A stretch of DNA of 64,000 bases from a virus. Numbering within the stretch: position 1 is the first letter of the stretch; each line of letters starts with the position of its first letter. The stretch is from IMG/VR virus record IMGVR_UViG_3300013131_000021. One strand, given 5' to 3'. This document shows, piece after piece, positions 1-8,501 of this stretch. The notes under the pieces were generated by a model, which made no database searches, had not been told where the DNA came from, and was given only the letters and a program-made list of their open reading frames with translations. The translations under genes and the position numbers were made by a program.

Positions 1-4
1 CTTA

Positions 5-376
5 ATGATTAATTCTTTTACACAAGCATCTAAGTATATTACTGCATATATGGGATCTACTAATGATCCCTATTTCAGTATGTCTGCACCAAGTGCAGGT
101 ATGTTGAGATTTAACGGGGATATGAGACAGCTAGAAGTTTATGACGGTACTAGCTGGAGAACAATGGGTGGTACTTCAGCTAGTGTAAGCTTGGCACCAG
201 ATGCTGAGCAGGCTATTGAATGGGCTATTAATCGTATGGAACAGGAAAAAGAGTGGTACAAACTTGCTTCAAATAACGAAGCAGTTCGTATAGCATTAGA
301 GCAGTTAGAACAGGCACTGACAAGATTAGAACTTACAACAATATTGGCGAAAGAATATGAGCAAACAAGCAGTTGA
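5..376 (+). CDS. hypothetical phage protein (123 aa)
   Basis: ORF overlapping the start of the next gene. It contains GMLRFNGDMRQLEVYDGTSW, similar to the G-x-W/Y-N/D...L-x-VY-x-G..W motif in the fibre proteins of this window, and has a coiled-coil-like C-terminus. Confidence 0.6.
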   Translation: MINSFTQASKYITAYMGSTNDPYFSMSAPSAGMLRFNGDMRQLEVYDGTSWRTMGGTSASVSLAPDAEQAIEWAINRMEQEKEWYKLASNNEAVRIALEQLEQALTRLELTTILAKEYEQTSS

Positions 377-1904
377 TTTAACACCATTGCAGAAAGACTA
401 TGCGGTATATTTGCCTGCGATTAGCAGTTTTTATAGCACTTACATTGCAAAGCAAAGATTAGAAAAATTCATTCCAGATAGTCGAATCCCTCAAGGATTC
501 GATCGTGGCATTGAAGGTATGAATTTTCTTAACCCCGAACAAGGGTATTTTTATTACAAATTTGCTCTGTATTCTGCAGGACACGCCCAACTCGATGTTG
601 AAAAAAGCATAGACCAAGAGTCTATGATCCAACAACGTGATCGTTCAAAAACTATGATCTTAGGTGATTCCGGTGGATATCAGATTGGTAAAGGTGTTAT
701 CAAATTTGATTGGCAAGATTTTGAAGGTACTGCTGCTAATAAAGTTCGTGAAAAAATTCTTACTTGGCTAGATGTTACTGCTGATTGGTCGATGATGCTG
801 GATGTTCCGACCTGGGCCTGTGATCACATTCACTCACCAAAAACAGGATTGAAAACATTTGAAGACTGTCTTGACAAAACTCGGTTCAACAACAAATATT
901 TTATTGATAATAGATTGGGGTCTTCAGAAGGTGGAACAAAATTATTAAATGTTCTACAAGGTTCAAACTGGGAGAACGCAGAAGCATGGTATCAAGGTGT
1001 AAAAGAATATTCCGATACTAACAAGTATGGAAATAGAGCTGCAGAAGGTTGGGCCATGGGTGGTGCTAATATGTGCAAGATGCCTATTACGCTACGCAGA
1101 CTAATCACTATGCGATTTGATGGTATGCTAGAAGGCAAAGATTGGATGCACTTCTTAGGCACTGCACAGCTGGATTGGGCTTGTTATCTTACAAGCATTC
1201 AACGACAAATCAGGAAACATATCAATGAAAACTTCACTATCAGCTTTGACTGCGCAAGTCCCTTTATCGCAACAGCTCACGGATTGGTATATACTAACGC
1301 CCAACATACCTCTAAACGATTCTCTGTTATCATGGATAAAGCCCCGGACAATAAGGGTCTTGCCGGACGGCAGGATATACCTTTTCCTTTCGAAAGCGAT
1401 TTCGGTCGCAGACTTACGATCGCAGATATCTGCCACTATGCTCCGGGAATGCTGAACAAGATTGGCAAAGAAGGCAAAACATCGTGGGATTCATTTGCCT
1501 ATGCACTGATGATGGGGCACAATGTCGAATGCCATATCCGTGCAGTGCAACGTGCCAATAACTTGATGGATATCGAATGTGCCAAACATCGTCCAGACTG
1601 GAGACGCTGGCGTAAAGTCAAAGACGCTGATAAAAGTGATGAAATCTCTGAATGGGTTCCGAGAAACGTACTATATTTTGATAGATTTGCGGAAGAGCTG
1701 TTTAATCTCGAGACCAAAGATGATGCTTTTGCTATGATTGCAGAAGCAGAACGTTTAGGATTTTTACAAAATCTCGAAGGCGCACGATTGCGTGGAGGAG
1801 TAACTAATATTGCGGATACATTGTTTTATGAAGAAACTGAAGAAGAAACTGCTTGGACCGATGATAGAGAAGACGAAAAATTAAACAATCTTGTTATTGA
1901 ATAA
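357..1904 (+). CDS. dpdA: tRNA-guanine transglycosylase-like DNA 7-deazaguanine insertase (DpdA/DpdA2 family)
   Basis: TGT-fold motifs in order: LGDSGGYQI (cf. DSGGFQ), MMLDVP, NVLQG, MGG, HFLG, SFDCASP (cf. FDCV.P), late HN. folE, queE and a queD paralogue lie in the same + strand cluster. The DpdA subfamily assignment is inferred from phage context. Confidence 0.8.
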   Translation: MSKQAVDLTPLQKDYAVYLPAISSFYSTYIAKQRLEKFIPDSRIPQGFDRGIEGMNFLNPEQGYFYYKFALYSAGHAQLDVEKSIDQESMIQQRDRSKTMILGDSGGYQIGKGVIKFDWQDFEGTAANKVREKILTWLDVTADWSMMLDVPTWACDHIHSPKTGLKTFEDCLDKTRFNNKYFIDNRLGSSEGGTKLLNVLQGSNWENAEAWYQGVKEYSDTNKYGNRAAEGWAMGGANMCKMPITLRRLITMRFDGMLEGKDWMHFLGTAQLDWACYLTSIQRQIRKHINENFTISFDCASPFIATAHGLVYTNAQHTSKRFSVIMDKAPDNKGLAGRQDIPFPFESDFGRRLTIADICHYAPGMLNKIGKEGKTSWDSFAYALMMGHNVECHIRAVQRANNLMDIECAKHRPDWRRWRKVKDADKSDEISEWVPRNVLYFDRFAEELFNLETKDDAFAMIAEAERLGFLQNLEGARLRGGVTNIADTLFYEETEEETAWTDDREDEKLNNLVIE

Positions 1905-1913
1905 GGAAATATT

Positions 1914-2105
1914 ATGTATCATGAAAAAATTAAACACCTCGAAGAAGCACACCGAATGTTAAATGCAAAAATAGATAAAATGGAAAAAACTGGTGTATAT
2001 GATGATATGAATATAGAAACTTTGAAAAAAGAAAGATTGCTTTTAAAAGATCAAATTACTATACTTAAACATAAACAAAAACGCCAAGATTATGAAAACG
2101 ATTAA
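1914..2105 (+). CDS. YdcH/DUF465-like small coiled-coil protein
   Basis: Pattern HLEEAHRMLNAKIDKME...LKKERLLLKDQI; AAGGA RBS upstream. Confidence 0.6.
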   Translation: MYHEKIKHLEEAHRMLNAKIDKMEKTGVYDDMNIETLKKERLLLKDQITILKHKQKRQDYEND

Positions 2106-2304
2106 CACTTTTACACTAAATCGATCACAAATAGAGAAACTTGTAAAAATGGCAAATCATTTTAAAGAAGTAGAATGGTTTACTTTGGAAGAAAGCAACA
2201 GCAGCGGAATTGGTCCTACAGTTGTTGTCAAGTTCAACTTATTCAACGATAGCGATAAGGACGTCGACACTACTGTTGATATCACAGATGTAAGTACATG
2301 GTAA
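2092..2304 (+). CDS. hypothetical protein (70 aa)
   Basis: ORF coupled to neighbours by overlaps; no motif recognised. Confidence 0.6.
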   Translation: MKTINTFTLNRSQIEKLVKMANHFKEVEWFTLEESNSSGIGPTVVVKFNLFNDSDKDVDTTVDITDVSTW

Positions 2305-2861
2305 TGAAAAGAAATTATGAATCCGGGGTGGCAGATAGTATAACTTTCTTTACAGGAGTAGAGATTGAGCATACACCTGCATATGGAATGAAAACTCTTT
2401 TTGTAGTTGGTGTTCATGAACCCGAAACTATTCTAGAAATAGTCAGAGAAAGTAGATCTTATCTAGACGAATCAAAACATATCAAGCATATCTATTTTGG
2501 TGCTAATCAAAGTTTTAAGACTAATGGCGTTAGTGATACTGAAACTTGGCGTCCTTGGGAAAACATGATTTACGTTTGCCTAGATTCGGAATATGACCTT
2601 TGGTGTACTCTAGACTTCGATGTCCGTGAAACGGAAGGATTGCTGGAGAGCGGTCTTACCGAAAAACGTAGATTTATTCCGCAGATCAGTGTAAAATTAC
2701 CTTATATTAATCAACTAGGCTATAATGCTACACTAAAGATCGATGATAAAGATTTTTCTGCAACCAATCCTGGGGTTTGGTGCCATAACCTACAGGACCT
2801 TCTGGGAAGAGATCGCTTCACAGATTGGGATCAATATGACAAAGATGAGATAATCAAATGA
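2304..2861 (+). CDS. hypothetical protein within the deazaguanine cluster
   Basis: Start moved to ATG 2304 (TAATG overlap with the upstream stop). Motifs FFTGVEIEHTP, HIYFGANQSF, KIDDKDF..TNPGVWCH; function not recognised. Confidence 0.7.
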   Translation: MKRNYESGVADSITFFTGVEIEHTPAYGMKTLFVVGVHEPETILEIVRESRSYLDESKHIKHIYFGANQSFKTNGVSDTETWRPWENMIYVCLDSEYDLWCTLDFDVRETEGLLESGLTEKRRFIPQISVKLPYINQLGYNATLKIDDKDFSATNPGVWCHNLQDLLGRDRFTDWDQYDKDEIIK

Positions 2862-3217
2862 GTGTTTATGGACAGGCGATCGCTACTATCGGCTCAGCAA
2901 AGTCAGCAGATAGACCGCGAAAGATTAGAAAGGCAAGAAAAATGAAACTGACATTTAGACAACGCATTCGTAATTGGTTGATGCAAGATGACTTCGAAGA
3001 AGATGTACCTCAAATTGTAGAAGCAGATCATGATAGGCTTTCTAGTGAAGGTATGCGTCTACAGATTTATAAAGCGTCGGGTGGTTATGTTGTAGAGACT
3101 CGTAGCTATGATCGTCGTAAAGATCAAAATTTTAACACCATGCATGTCATTCGAGACGATCAAGACCTCGGTGATTCTCTAGGTAAAATCGTTATGATGG
3201 AGGCTTTACAACGATGA
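2858..3217 (+). CDS. hypothetical protein (119 aa)
   Basis: ATGA overlaps at both ends. Confidence 0.65.
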   Translation: MSVYGQAIATIGSAKSADRPRKIRKARKMKLTFRQRIRNWLMQDDFEEDVPQIVEADHDRLSSEGMRLQIYKASGGYVVETRSYDRRKDQNFNTMHVIRDDQDLGDSLGKIVMMEALQR

Positions 3218-3609
3218 TTATCAAACAGGATATACGTCCAAATAAAATGATTTGGGTCACATTCCGCAAAGAAGGTATCCACAAATATCCCGCAGCCGCT
3301 ACGGATCCCAATCTAGCAACAGGAGATGAATATGATGTTTCGTTTTTGGCTAATCCCCATCGCCATATTTTTCATTTTAGGGTATGGATTAGTGTCACCC
3401 ATAATGACAGAGATGTGGAATTTATACAATTTAAACGATGGTTGGAAAAATTGTATTCTAGCAACGAAGGTGTATTGTCGCTAGACTATAAGAGTTGTGA
3501 AATGATGAGCGATGATCTATATGCTCAGATTCACGCAAAGTATCCAGATCGTGAGGTCTGGATTGAGGTCTCCGAAGATGGAGAAAATGGTTCATTTATC
3601 AAGTATTAA
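3214..3609 (+). CDS. QueD/PTPS (T-fold) paralogue, DpdL-like
   Basis: LANPHRHIFHF = LxxxHRHxF in place of the QueD CxxxHGH. Downstream SCEM and VSEDGEN align with PTPS TxEN and VxET motifs. The 131-aa size fits the family. Confidence 0.75.
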   Translation: MIIKQDIRPNKMIWVTFRKEGIHKYPAAATDPNLATGDEYDVSFLANPHRHIFHFRVWISVTHNDRDVEFIQFKRWLEKLYSSNEGVLSLDYKSCEMMSDDLYAQIHAKYPDREVWIEVSEDGENGSFIKY

Positions 3610-3629
3610 ACTACAAGGAAGAAGCTAAA

Positions 3630-3860
3630 ATGGCTCGTAATTATAAGGACTATTCTTATTTCGCTAATCGCCCGGATGTTGTTAAAGTTTGGGAAGATCT
3701 TGAAGCCTTTCACGACTGGTGTAGATTTGAATTACGTGAGTTCAATCCTGCAGAATTGTATAAAAAAGAAGCACCAAATTATAGTGCATATCTGTTTAGT
3801 AAACGTTCGCGCAGACCTTATCAAGGAAATAGAAACAGAACAGATAGGAAAGAATATTAA
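3630..3860 (+). CDS. hypothetical protein (76 aa)
   Basis: Short ORF with purine-rich RBS, directly followed by the glycosyltransferase. Confidence 0.6.
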   Translation: MARNYKDYSYFANRPDVVKVWEDLEAFHDWCRFELREFNPAELYKKEAPNYSAYLFSKRSRRPYQGNRNRTDRKEY

Positions 3861-3861
3861 T

Positions 3862-4962
3862 ATGACCAGAGTTTTCCTTATTGATCTAGAAGCGGTGGAA
3901 ACTAGATATACTAGTCAGTGGAAAACTCACTTTCCTGCTCTATTAAGAAAGAGAGGACACGATGTTCAAGTTATTAGTGGTCCTGAAGATATTCCTAAAG
4001 CCACTACTCCTGGCGCCTTTCTTAATTTTGGTGGCACTAATATCTATAAGTCTCGCCAAGTTGAAGAATTTAGTCGTCTATTTACATCCGGAGCAGTTAA
4101 GCCTGGGGATCATTTTATTTTTACTGATGCTTGGCATCCTGGCATCATAAACTTGAAATACATGAGTGAACTGCTCGATATCAAAGTAGTCATTCATGCT
4201 CTATGGCATGCTGGTAGTTATGATCCTCAAGATTTTTTAGGTAGACTAATTGGTAATCGTTCTTGGGTTCGTCATGCTGAAAAAAGTTTTTTCTTTTCAG
4301 CAGATTATAATTACTTTGCCACAGACTTTCACATTGAGATGTTTATGCGTAATCTTATCAATGATGAAATGTTTGAAAATCCCTGGATAGAAGAACAAAT
4401 CAACGAAGCTATACGAGGAGAATATTCAGGTATAGTAAGAACTGGTTGGCCTATGGAGTATATGTCTGATACTTTGTTAATGTATAAGAATATGCTTAAG
4501 CGAGATCTTATACTTTTTCCTCATCGTATCGCTCCAGAAAAACAACTGCCTATTTTTGAAGATCTTAAAAAACATTTACCACAATATGAATTCAAAATTT
4601 GTCAAGAATATCCATTGACTAAAAATGAATATCATAACATGCTAGGTGAAGCTAAGATTGTCTTTTCAGCTAACCTACAAGAAACACTAGGTATTAGCTG
4701 GTATGAAGGTGCCCTAGTAGATGCCATACCAATGGTTCCGGATAGATTAAGTTATAAAGAAATGGCATTTGACACGTTCAAATATCCTAGTAAATGGACA
4801 GAATCTTTTGAATCTTATGAAATTCATAGAAAAGATATCTGTTATAAAATCATACAGTACATGGATAATTATGAAAAGTTTCTACCAAGCCTAAATAAAC
4901 AGGTAGATATATTAACTAAGAATTATTTTAGTTGCGATAATCTACTAGAGATGTTAAAATAA
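3862..4962 (+). CDS. GT-B fold glycosyltransferase (GT1/GT4-like)
   Basis: Start moved to ATG 3862, just after the upstream stop. N-terminal Rossmann strand (RVFLIDLE), D-A-W-H-P and W-H-A-G segments, and C-terminal FPHRIAPEKQ and QETLGISWYEG (E-x-x-G-x-x-x-x-E donor-binding signature of GT-B enzymes). Confidence 0.75.
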   Translation: MTRVFLIDLEAVETRYTSQWKTHFPALLRKRGHDVQVISGPEDIPKATTPGAFLNFGGTNIYKSRQVEEFSRLFTSGAVKPGDHFIFTDAWHPGIINLKYMSELLDIKVVIHALWHAGSYDPQDFLGRLIGNRSWVRHAEKSFFFSADYNYFATDFHIEMFMRNLINDEMFENPWIEEQINEAIRGEYSGIVRTGWPMEYMSDTLLMYKNMLKRDLILFPHRIAPEKQLPIFEDLKKHLPQYEFKICQEYPLTKNEYHNMLGEAKIVFSANLQETLGISWYEGALVDAIPMVPDRLSYKEMAFDTFKYPSKWTESFESYEIHRKDICYKIIQYMDNYEKFLPSLNKQVDILTKNYFSCDNLLEMLK

Positions 4963-4969
4963 ATGTATG

Positions 4970-5527
4970 TTAGAGATATCTAAAAAAGTTTTGAACGGTC
5001 ATTTCTTTTCTATCAGACAATCTACAAACTCTACAAATGTTTTTAGATTGTTGAGAAACTGCTTTCATAACTTTAGAATGATTTTCTCTAAATTGAGTAG
5101 AAGAATGAGTTTGTTTTCTTTTAGCGATTTGTTTTTGACGAAACTCTTCATTTGCCCAATGATCTTTCATTGCTTTAGATCTACCTTTTTTAACCTGGTT
5201 CTTGGGTTTTCTAACATAAACATCGGGCCTATGAAATCTTTTTCCTCCCTTGTTCTTGTTCAACAGAAGAGGATTTTTCCAATTCTCGCTAATAAGAAAT
5301 TCTTCGAACTCAAGAGCATCCTCTTTAGAAATAAATTGGGCAAGAATAGTCCAATTAAACTCATTAAAGATAGGTTTTACTTTCTTAGATGTAGTATAAT
5401 AAACTTTACCGAGATCGTCTTCGGGAGACAGGTTTTTTCGTTGATTAGAATACCGAACTCCTATATAAAATTGTCCGGTGGTTTTATGTGTACCTAAATA
5501 GACATACGGTGAAATAATATTGAACAT
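4970..5527 (-). CDS. free-standing GIY-YIG (Seg-like) homing endonuclease
   Basis: YVYLGTHKTTGQFYIGVR at the N-terminus, EDALEFEEFLI helix, LLNK motif, basic C-terminal DNA-binding tail. It lies antisense inside a + strand operon. Start set at ATG 5527, just downstream of TATAAATA. Confidence 0.8.
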   Translation of the reverse strand: MFNIISPYVYLGTHKTTGQFYIGVRYSNQRKNLSPEDDLGKVYYTTSKKVKPIFNEFNWTILAQFISKEDALEFEEFLISENWKNPLLLNKNKGGKRFHRPDVYVRKPKNQVKKGRSKAMKDHWANEEFRQKQIAKRKQTHSSTQFRENHSKVMKAVSQQSKNICRVCRLSDRKEMTVQNFFRYL

Positions 5528-5532
5528 AATAT

Positions 5533-5540
5533 TATTTATA
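5533..5540 (-). promoter_or_regulatory. T4-type late promoter TATAAATA for the GIY-YIG gene
   Basis: Plus strand tatttata = TATAAATA on minus, an exact match to the T4 gp55 late consensus, 5 nt before the ATG. Confidence 0.6.
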
Positions 5541-5568
5541 AAAATTTGTATAACTCGGAGAATAATAA

Positions 5569-6405
5569 TTGACACAAGAATTTAAACCAGACCCTATATT
5601 AAGCACAGAAATCGATAAATCTTTTGTAAAAGATGAATACATACCCGTAAAAAAACAAGTTTATATTAAAAAAGAAACTGCCTTAGATGCTATGGCCGGT
5701 GATGGCGGATATCAAGAAGCATATCTAGCAGATGCGATCCGCTTTAAGATGAAACGTGATAACAAGCGTTTCTGGGCAGGCGATAACATCAGTGATTACG
5801 TCACTGAAGAAATGAAGCACAAGTTAATCGATGAAGCAACTAAAGCATTTGAACTGGTACTTGATCGTTTACTGATCGATCGCGAAACTGATCCAAACAG
5901 TCAAGGTACAGCACGTAGATTGGCTAAGATGTATTTTAATGAGATAATGGCAGGTAGATATGAACAAGCCCCAGATTGCACAGCGTTCCCAAACGATTCG
6001 GAGGACCGCTACGAAGGTATGCTGGTTGTTCGCAGTGAGCTTCGCAGTATGTGTAGCCATCATCATCAGCCCGTTAGTGGTGTTGCCTATATTGGCATTA
6101 TTGCGGCTTCCAAGCTCATTGGCCTCAGTAAGTACACAAGAATCGCCCAATGGTGTGCCCGACGTGGTACTCTTCAGGAGGAACTTGCTAATGATATTGC
6201 TCGCGAGATCGCCCGTGCCACAGGAGCCAAAGACGTAGGCGTATATATTCAAGCCACACATGGATGCTGTGAAAATCGTGGTATCATGGCACATAGCAGT
6301 TTAACACAAACTACTGTACTAAAAGGTGCATTCAAAGATGACCAAAGCACAAAGAAAGAATTCTTTGATAACATCAAACTACAACAGGACTTTGCCCCTA
6401 GATGA
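5569..6405 (+). CDS. folE: GTP cyclohydrolase I
   Basis: RLAKMY, SMCSHH (Zn ligands), IGLSKYTRI, LQE, HGCCENRG motifs. TTG start with GGAG RBS and an N-terminal extension. Confidence 0.92.
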   Translation: MTQEFKPDPILSTEIDKSFVKDEYIPVKKQVYIKKETALDAMAGDGGYQEAYLADAIRFKMKRDNKRFWAGDNISDYVTEEMKHKLIDEATKAFELVLDRLLIDRETDPNSQGTARRLAKMYFNEIMAGRYEQAPDCTAFPNDSEDRYEGMLVVRSELRSMCSHHHQPVSGVAYIGIIAASKLIGLSKYTRIAQWCARRGTLQEELANDIAREIARATGAKDVGVYIQATHGCCENRGIMAHSSLTQTTVLKGAFKDDQSTKKEFFDNIKLQQDFAPR

Positions 6406-7328
6406 AAATATTTTTAACTGGTAGCAGTGGATTTATTGGTATTAACTTGAAACCTTTATTAGAAAATAAAGGTTTCGAAGTTTACTGCCTACTTAATGAT
6501 CTAATGAATTTTGATGCGGTATCTGATGAGATTTTACTCGCCCAACCAGACATCATAGTTCATTTAGCTGCAAGAACTGAGGTTGAAAAAAGTTTTTACG
6601 AACAAATTACTTTTAGTCAGATCAATTATGTAGGCAGCGTAAATCTAATCGAAGCAGCCAGCAAAGTTAAAAATCTCAAAAACTTTGTGTTTGCCAGTAC
6701 TATGGAAGTCTACGGTTGGCAACCAATCAGCGATGAGATCAAACATAACGGGGTTCCTAAAGAATTTGTAGTATTTGACGAATGCACAGAACCTCATCCC
6801 AATGCTCCATATGCTGTAGCAAAATATGGAGTGGAAAAATATTTAGAGTATATGCATCGCAGTTGCGACTTTCCATTTACTGCTATTAGACAGACAAATA
6901 GTTATGGAAGACATGATAACGATTTTTTTATTACAGAACAAATCATAACACAGATGTTAAAAAATAAAGATGAAATATTCTTAGGTTATTCTGAACCTTA
7001 TAGAAACTTCATTTACATCGACGACCTTCTGGATGCATGGATGACTTGTATAGAAAATTCTAAATTAGTAAATGATGGAAAAATTTTTACACTAGGTCCA
7101 AAAAATCCTATTAAAATTTCAGAATATGCTGACATGATAGCTAATATTTTAAATTGGGAGGGTCGCATTCATTGGAATACTAAACCAAAGCGTCAAGGAG
7201 AAATCTTTTATCTTTGTAGCGATCATAATCTAATAACCAAGACGACAGGATGGTATCCTAAAATAAATTTAGAAGACGGCATCAGAACTACTATAAATTT
7301 TTGGAAAGAAAAATTAAACATAGTCTAA
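6402..7328 (+). CDS. NAD-dependent nucleotide-sugar epimerase/dehydratase (extended SDR)
   Basis: TGSSGFIG dinucleotide motif, HLAA, ASTMEVYG, YAVAK (YxxxK), RNFIYIDD. Confidence 0.9.
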   Translation: MKIFLTGSSGFIGINLKPLLENKGFEVYCLLNDLMNFDAVSDEILLAQPDIIVHLAARTEVEKSFYEQITFSQINYVGSVNLIEAASKVKNLKNFVFASTMEVYGWQPISDEIKHNGVPKEFVVFDECTEPHPNAPYAVAKYGVEKYLEYMHRSCDFPFTAIRQTNSYGRHDNDFFITEQIITQMLKNKDEIFLGYSEPYRNFIYIDDLLDAWMTCIENSKLVNDGKIFTLGPKNPIKISEYADMIANILNWEGRIHWNTKPKRQGEIFYLCSDHNLITKTTGWYPKINLEDGIRTTINFWKEKLNIV

Positions 7329-7336
7329 AAAATCAT

Positions 7337-7762
7337 ATGAAAATTGTTCCACTCGAAGACAACTTAATGGTTCAACAGCAGTTGCCTGCAAAAAACATTC
7401 GCCATCAACAATGGCAACATATGGTGGCTGTAATTATGCTCAATCAAACTGGAAGAAAGGTGGTCAAATATGTACTGCCTCTTTTTTTAGAACGTTGGCC
7501 TACTCCTAATAAATTTTTGTTTGCAACTGATGATGAAGTGAAAGAAGTCATTTGGCCTTTGGGTATGTATAATGTCCGTTTTCAAAGACTCAAGAGAATG
7601 ACCGCTGATTTCTTGACTTGGGACGGCAATGATGCTACAATATTATATGGTATAGGGAAATACGGTAGCGACAGTTATGAAATCTTTTTCAAACAAAACT
7701 ACACTGTAGAACCTACAGATAAAGAATTACAAAGATATCTAAAAGAGGAGATATTATGTTAA
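7337..7762 (+). CDS. HhH-GPD DNA glycosylase, MBD4-like catalytic domain
   Basis: IMLNQT, LERWPTP, PLGMY..R, LYGIGKYGSDSYEIF and PTDKELQRY closely parallel MBD4 (LHGIGKYGNDSYRIF, PEDHKLNKY). No Fe-S cluster cysteines. Start moved to ATG 7337. Confidence 0.85.
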   Translation: MKIVPLEDNLMVQQQLPAKNIRHQQWQHMVAVIMLNQTGRKVVKYVLPLFLERWPTPNKFLFATDDEVKEVIWPLGMYNVRFQRLKRMTADFLTWDGNDATILYGIGKYGSDSYEIFFKQNYTVEPTDKELQRYLKEEILC

Positions 7763-8070
7763 CTTTAGAAGACACATACAATCTGATTCAAGAATTAAAC
7801 GAAGAAGCACATAACTTATCTTGGGATACTTGGATTCAAGCTGACGAACTAATGGAATCCGATGACGAAAATGATTGGGAGGCCGCTGAAGAACTTAGAG
7901 AAGAAGCCTCAATAGAACAGGCAAGTTATTTTAGAGATTCTTACTATGAGCTTGATGCAGAACAACAAGACAGTATTAAACATTGGCTATCTAACAACGA
8001 ATCTTTCAAAGAAGAATTTTCAGTGTGGTTTGGTGAAAAAGAATTTGAAAACAAGTTTGGCGAAGAATAA
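7756..8070 (+). CDS. highly acidic small protein (possible DNA mimic)
   Basis: Hand count 32 D/E versus 6 K/R in 104 aa; aromatic-rich. Confidence 0.6.
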   Translation: MLTLEDTYNLIQELNEEAHNLSWDTWIQADELMESDDENDWEAAEELREEASIEQASYFRDSYYELDAEQQDSIKHWLSNNESFKEEFSVWFGEKEFENKFGEE

Positions 8071-8501
8071 TGTTCCTGAAGCTTCTAGAAAAAATAGGTC
8101 GTAAACGTATCATCATGGATAGGATGAGTGACGAACCTTATCTTGAACGCTACTATCTTTTCTTGAAGGAACGTGAACACTTTCCGTTTAATGTTTTCTT
8201 ACACAAGTTCCTAAAAGGCGATCCAGACGATCTTCATGATCATCCTTGGCCTTATGCTACATTGATTTTAAAAGGTGGCTATTGGGAAACAACGCCCGAA
8301 GGTCGTTTTTGGAGAGGTCCTGGACATTTTAGAACCTGTAGTGCTGAGAGCTATCATAGAATTGAACTAGAATCAGGTGTAGATTGTTGGACTTTGTTTA
8401 TGCCTGGTCCTCATCGTCGTGAATGGGGATTTGATGTCAACGGTCGTTGGGTACAACACGAACAATACCTTAAGGAAAGATATGAACAAGCGCATAATTA
8501 A
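8070..8501 (+). CDS. cupin-fold protein
   Basis: LHKF...LHDHPW...ILKGGYWE and YHRIEL match the two His/Glu cupin motifs. Confidence 0.7.
   Translation: MFLKLLEKIGRKRIIMDRMSDEPYLERYYLFLKEREHFPFNVFLHKFLKGDPDDLHDHPWPYATLILKGGYWETTPEGRFWRGPGHFRTCSAESYHRIELESGVDCWTLFMPGPHRREWGFDVNGRWVQHEQYLKERYEQAHN

Noticed and set aside
357-1904. Reading this gene as a tRNA-modifying Tgt (queuosine auxiliary metabolic gene)
   Set aside because: It lacks the CxCxxC Zn motif of bacterial Tgt, is longer, and sits with DpdL-like, GT and glycosylase genes. DNA modification is the better reading, though not proven.
4967-5497. 176-aa + strand ORF in the ORF track
   Set aside because: It is the antisense shadow of the GIY-YIG gene, with Phe/Leu/Ser-rich composition typical of a non-coding reverse frame and no motif.
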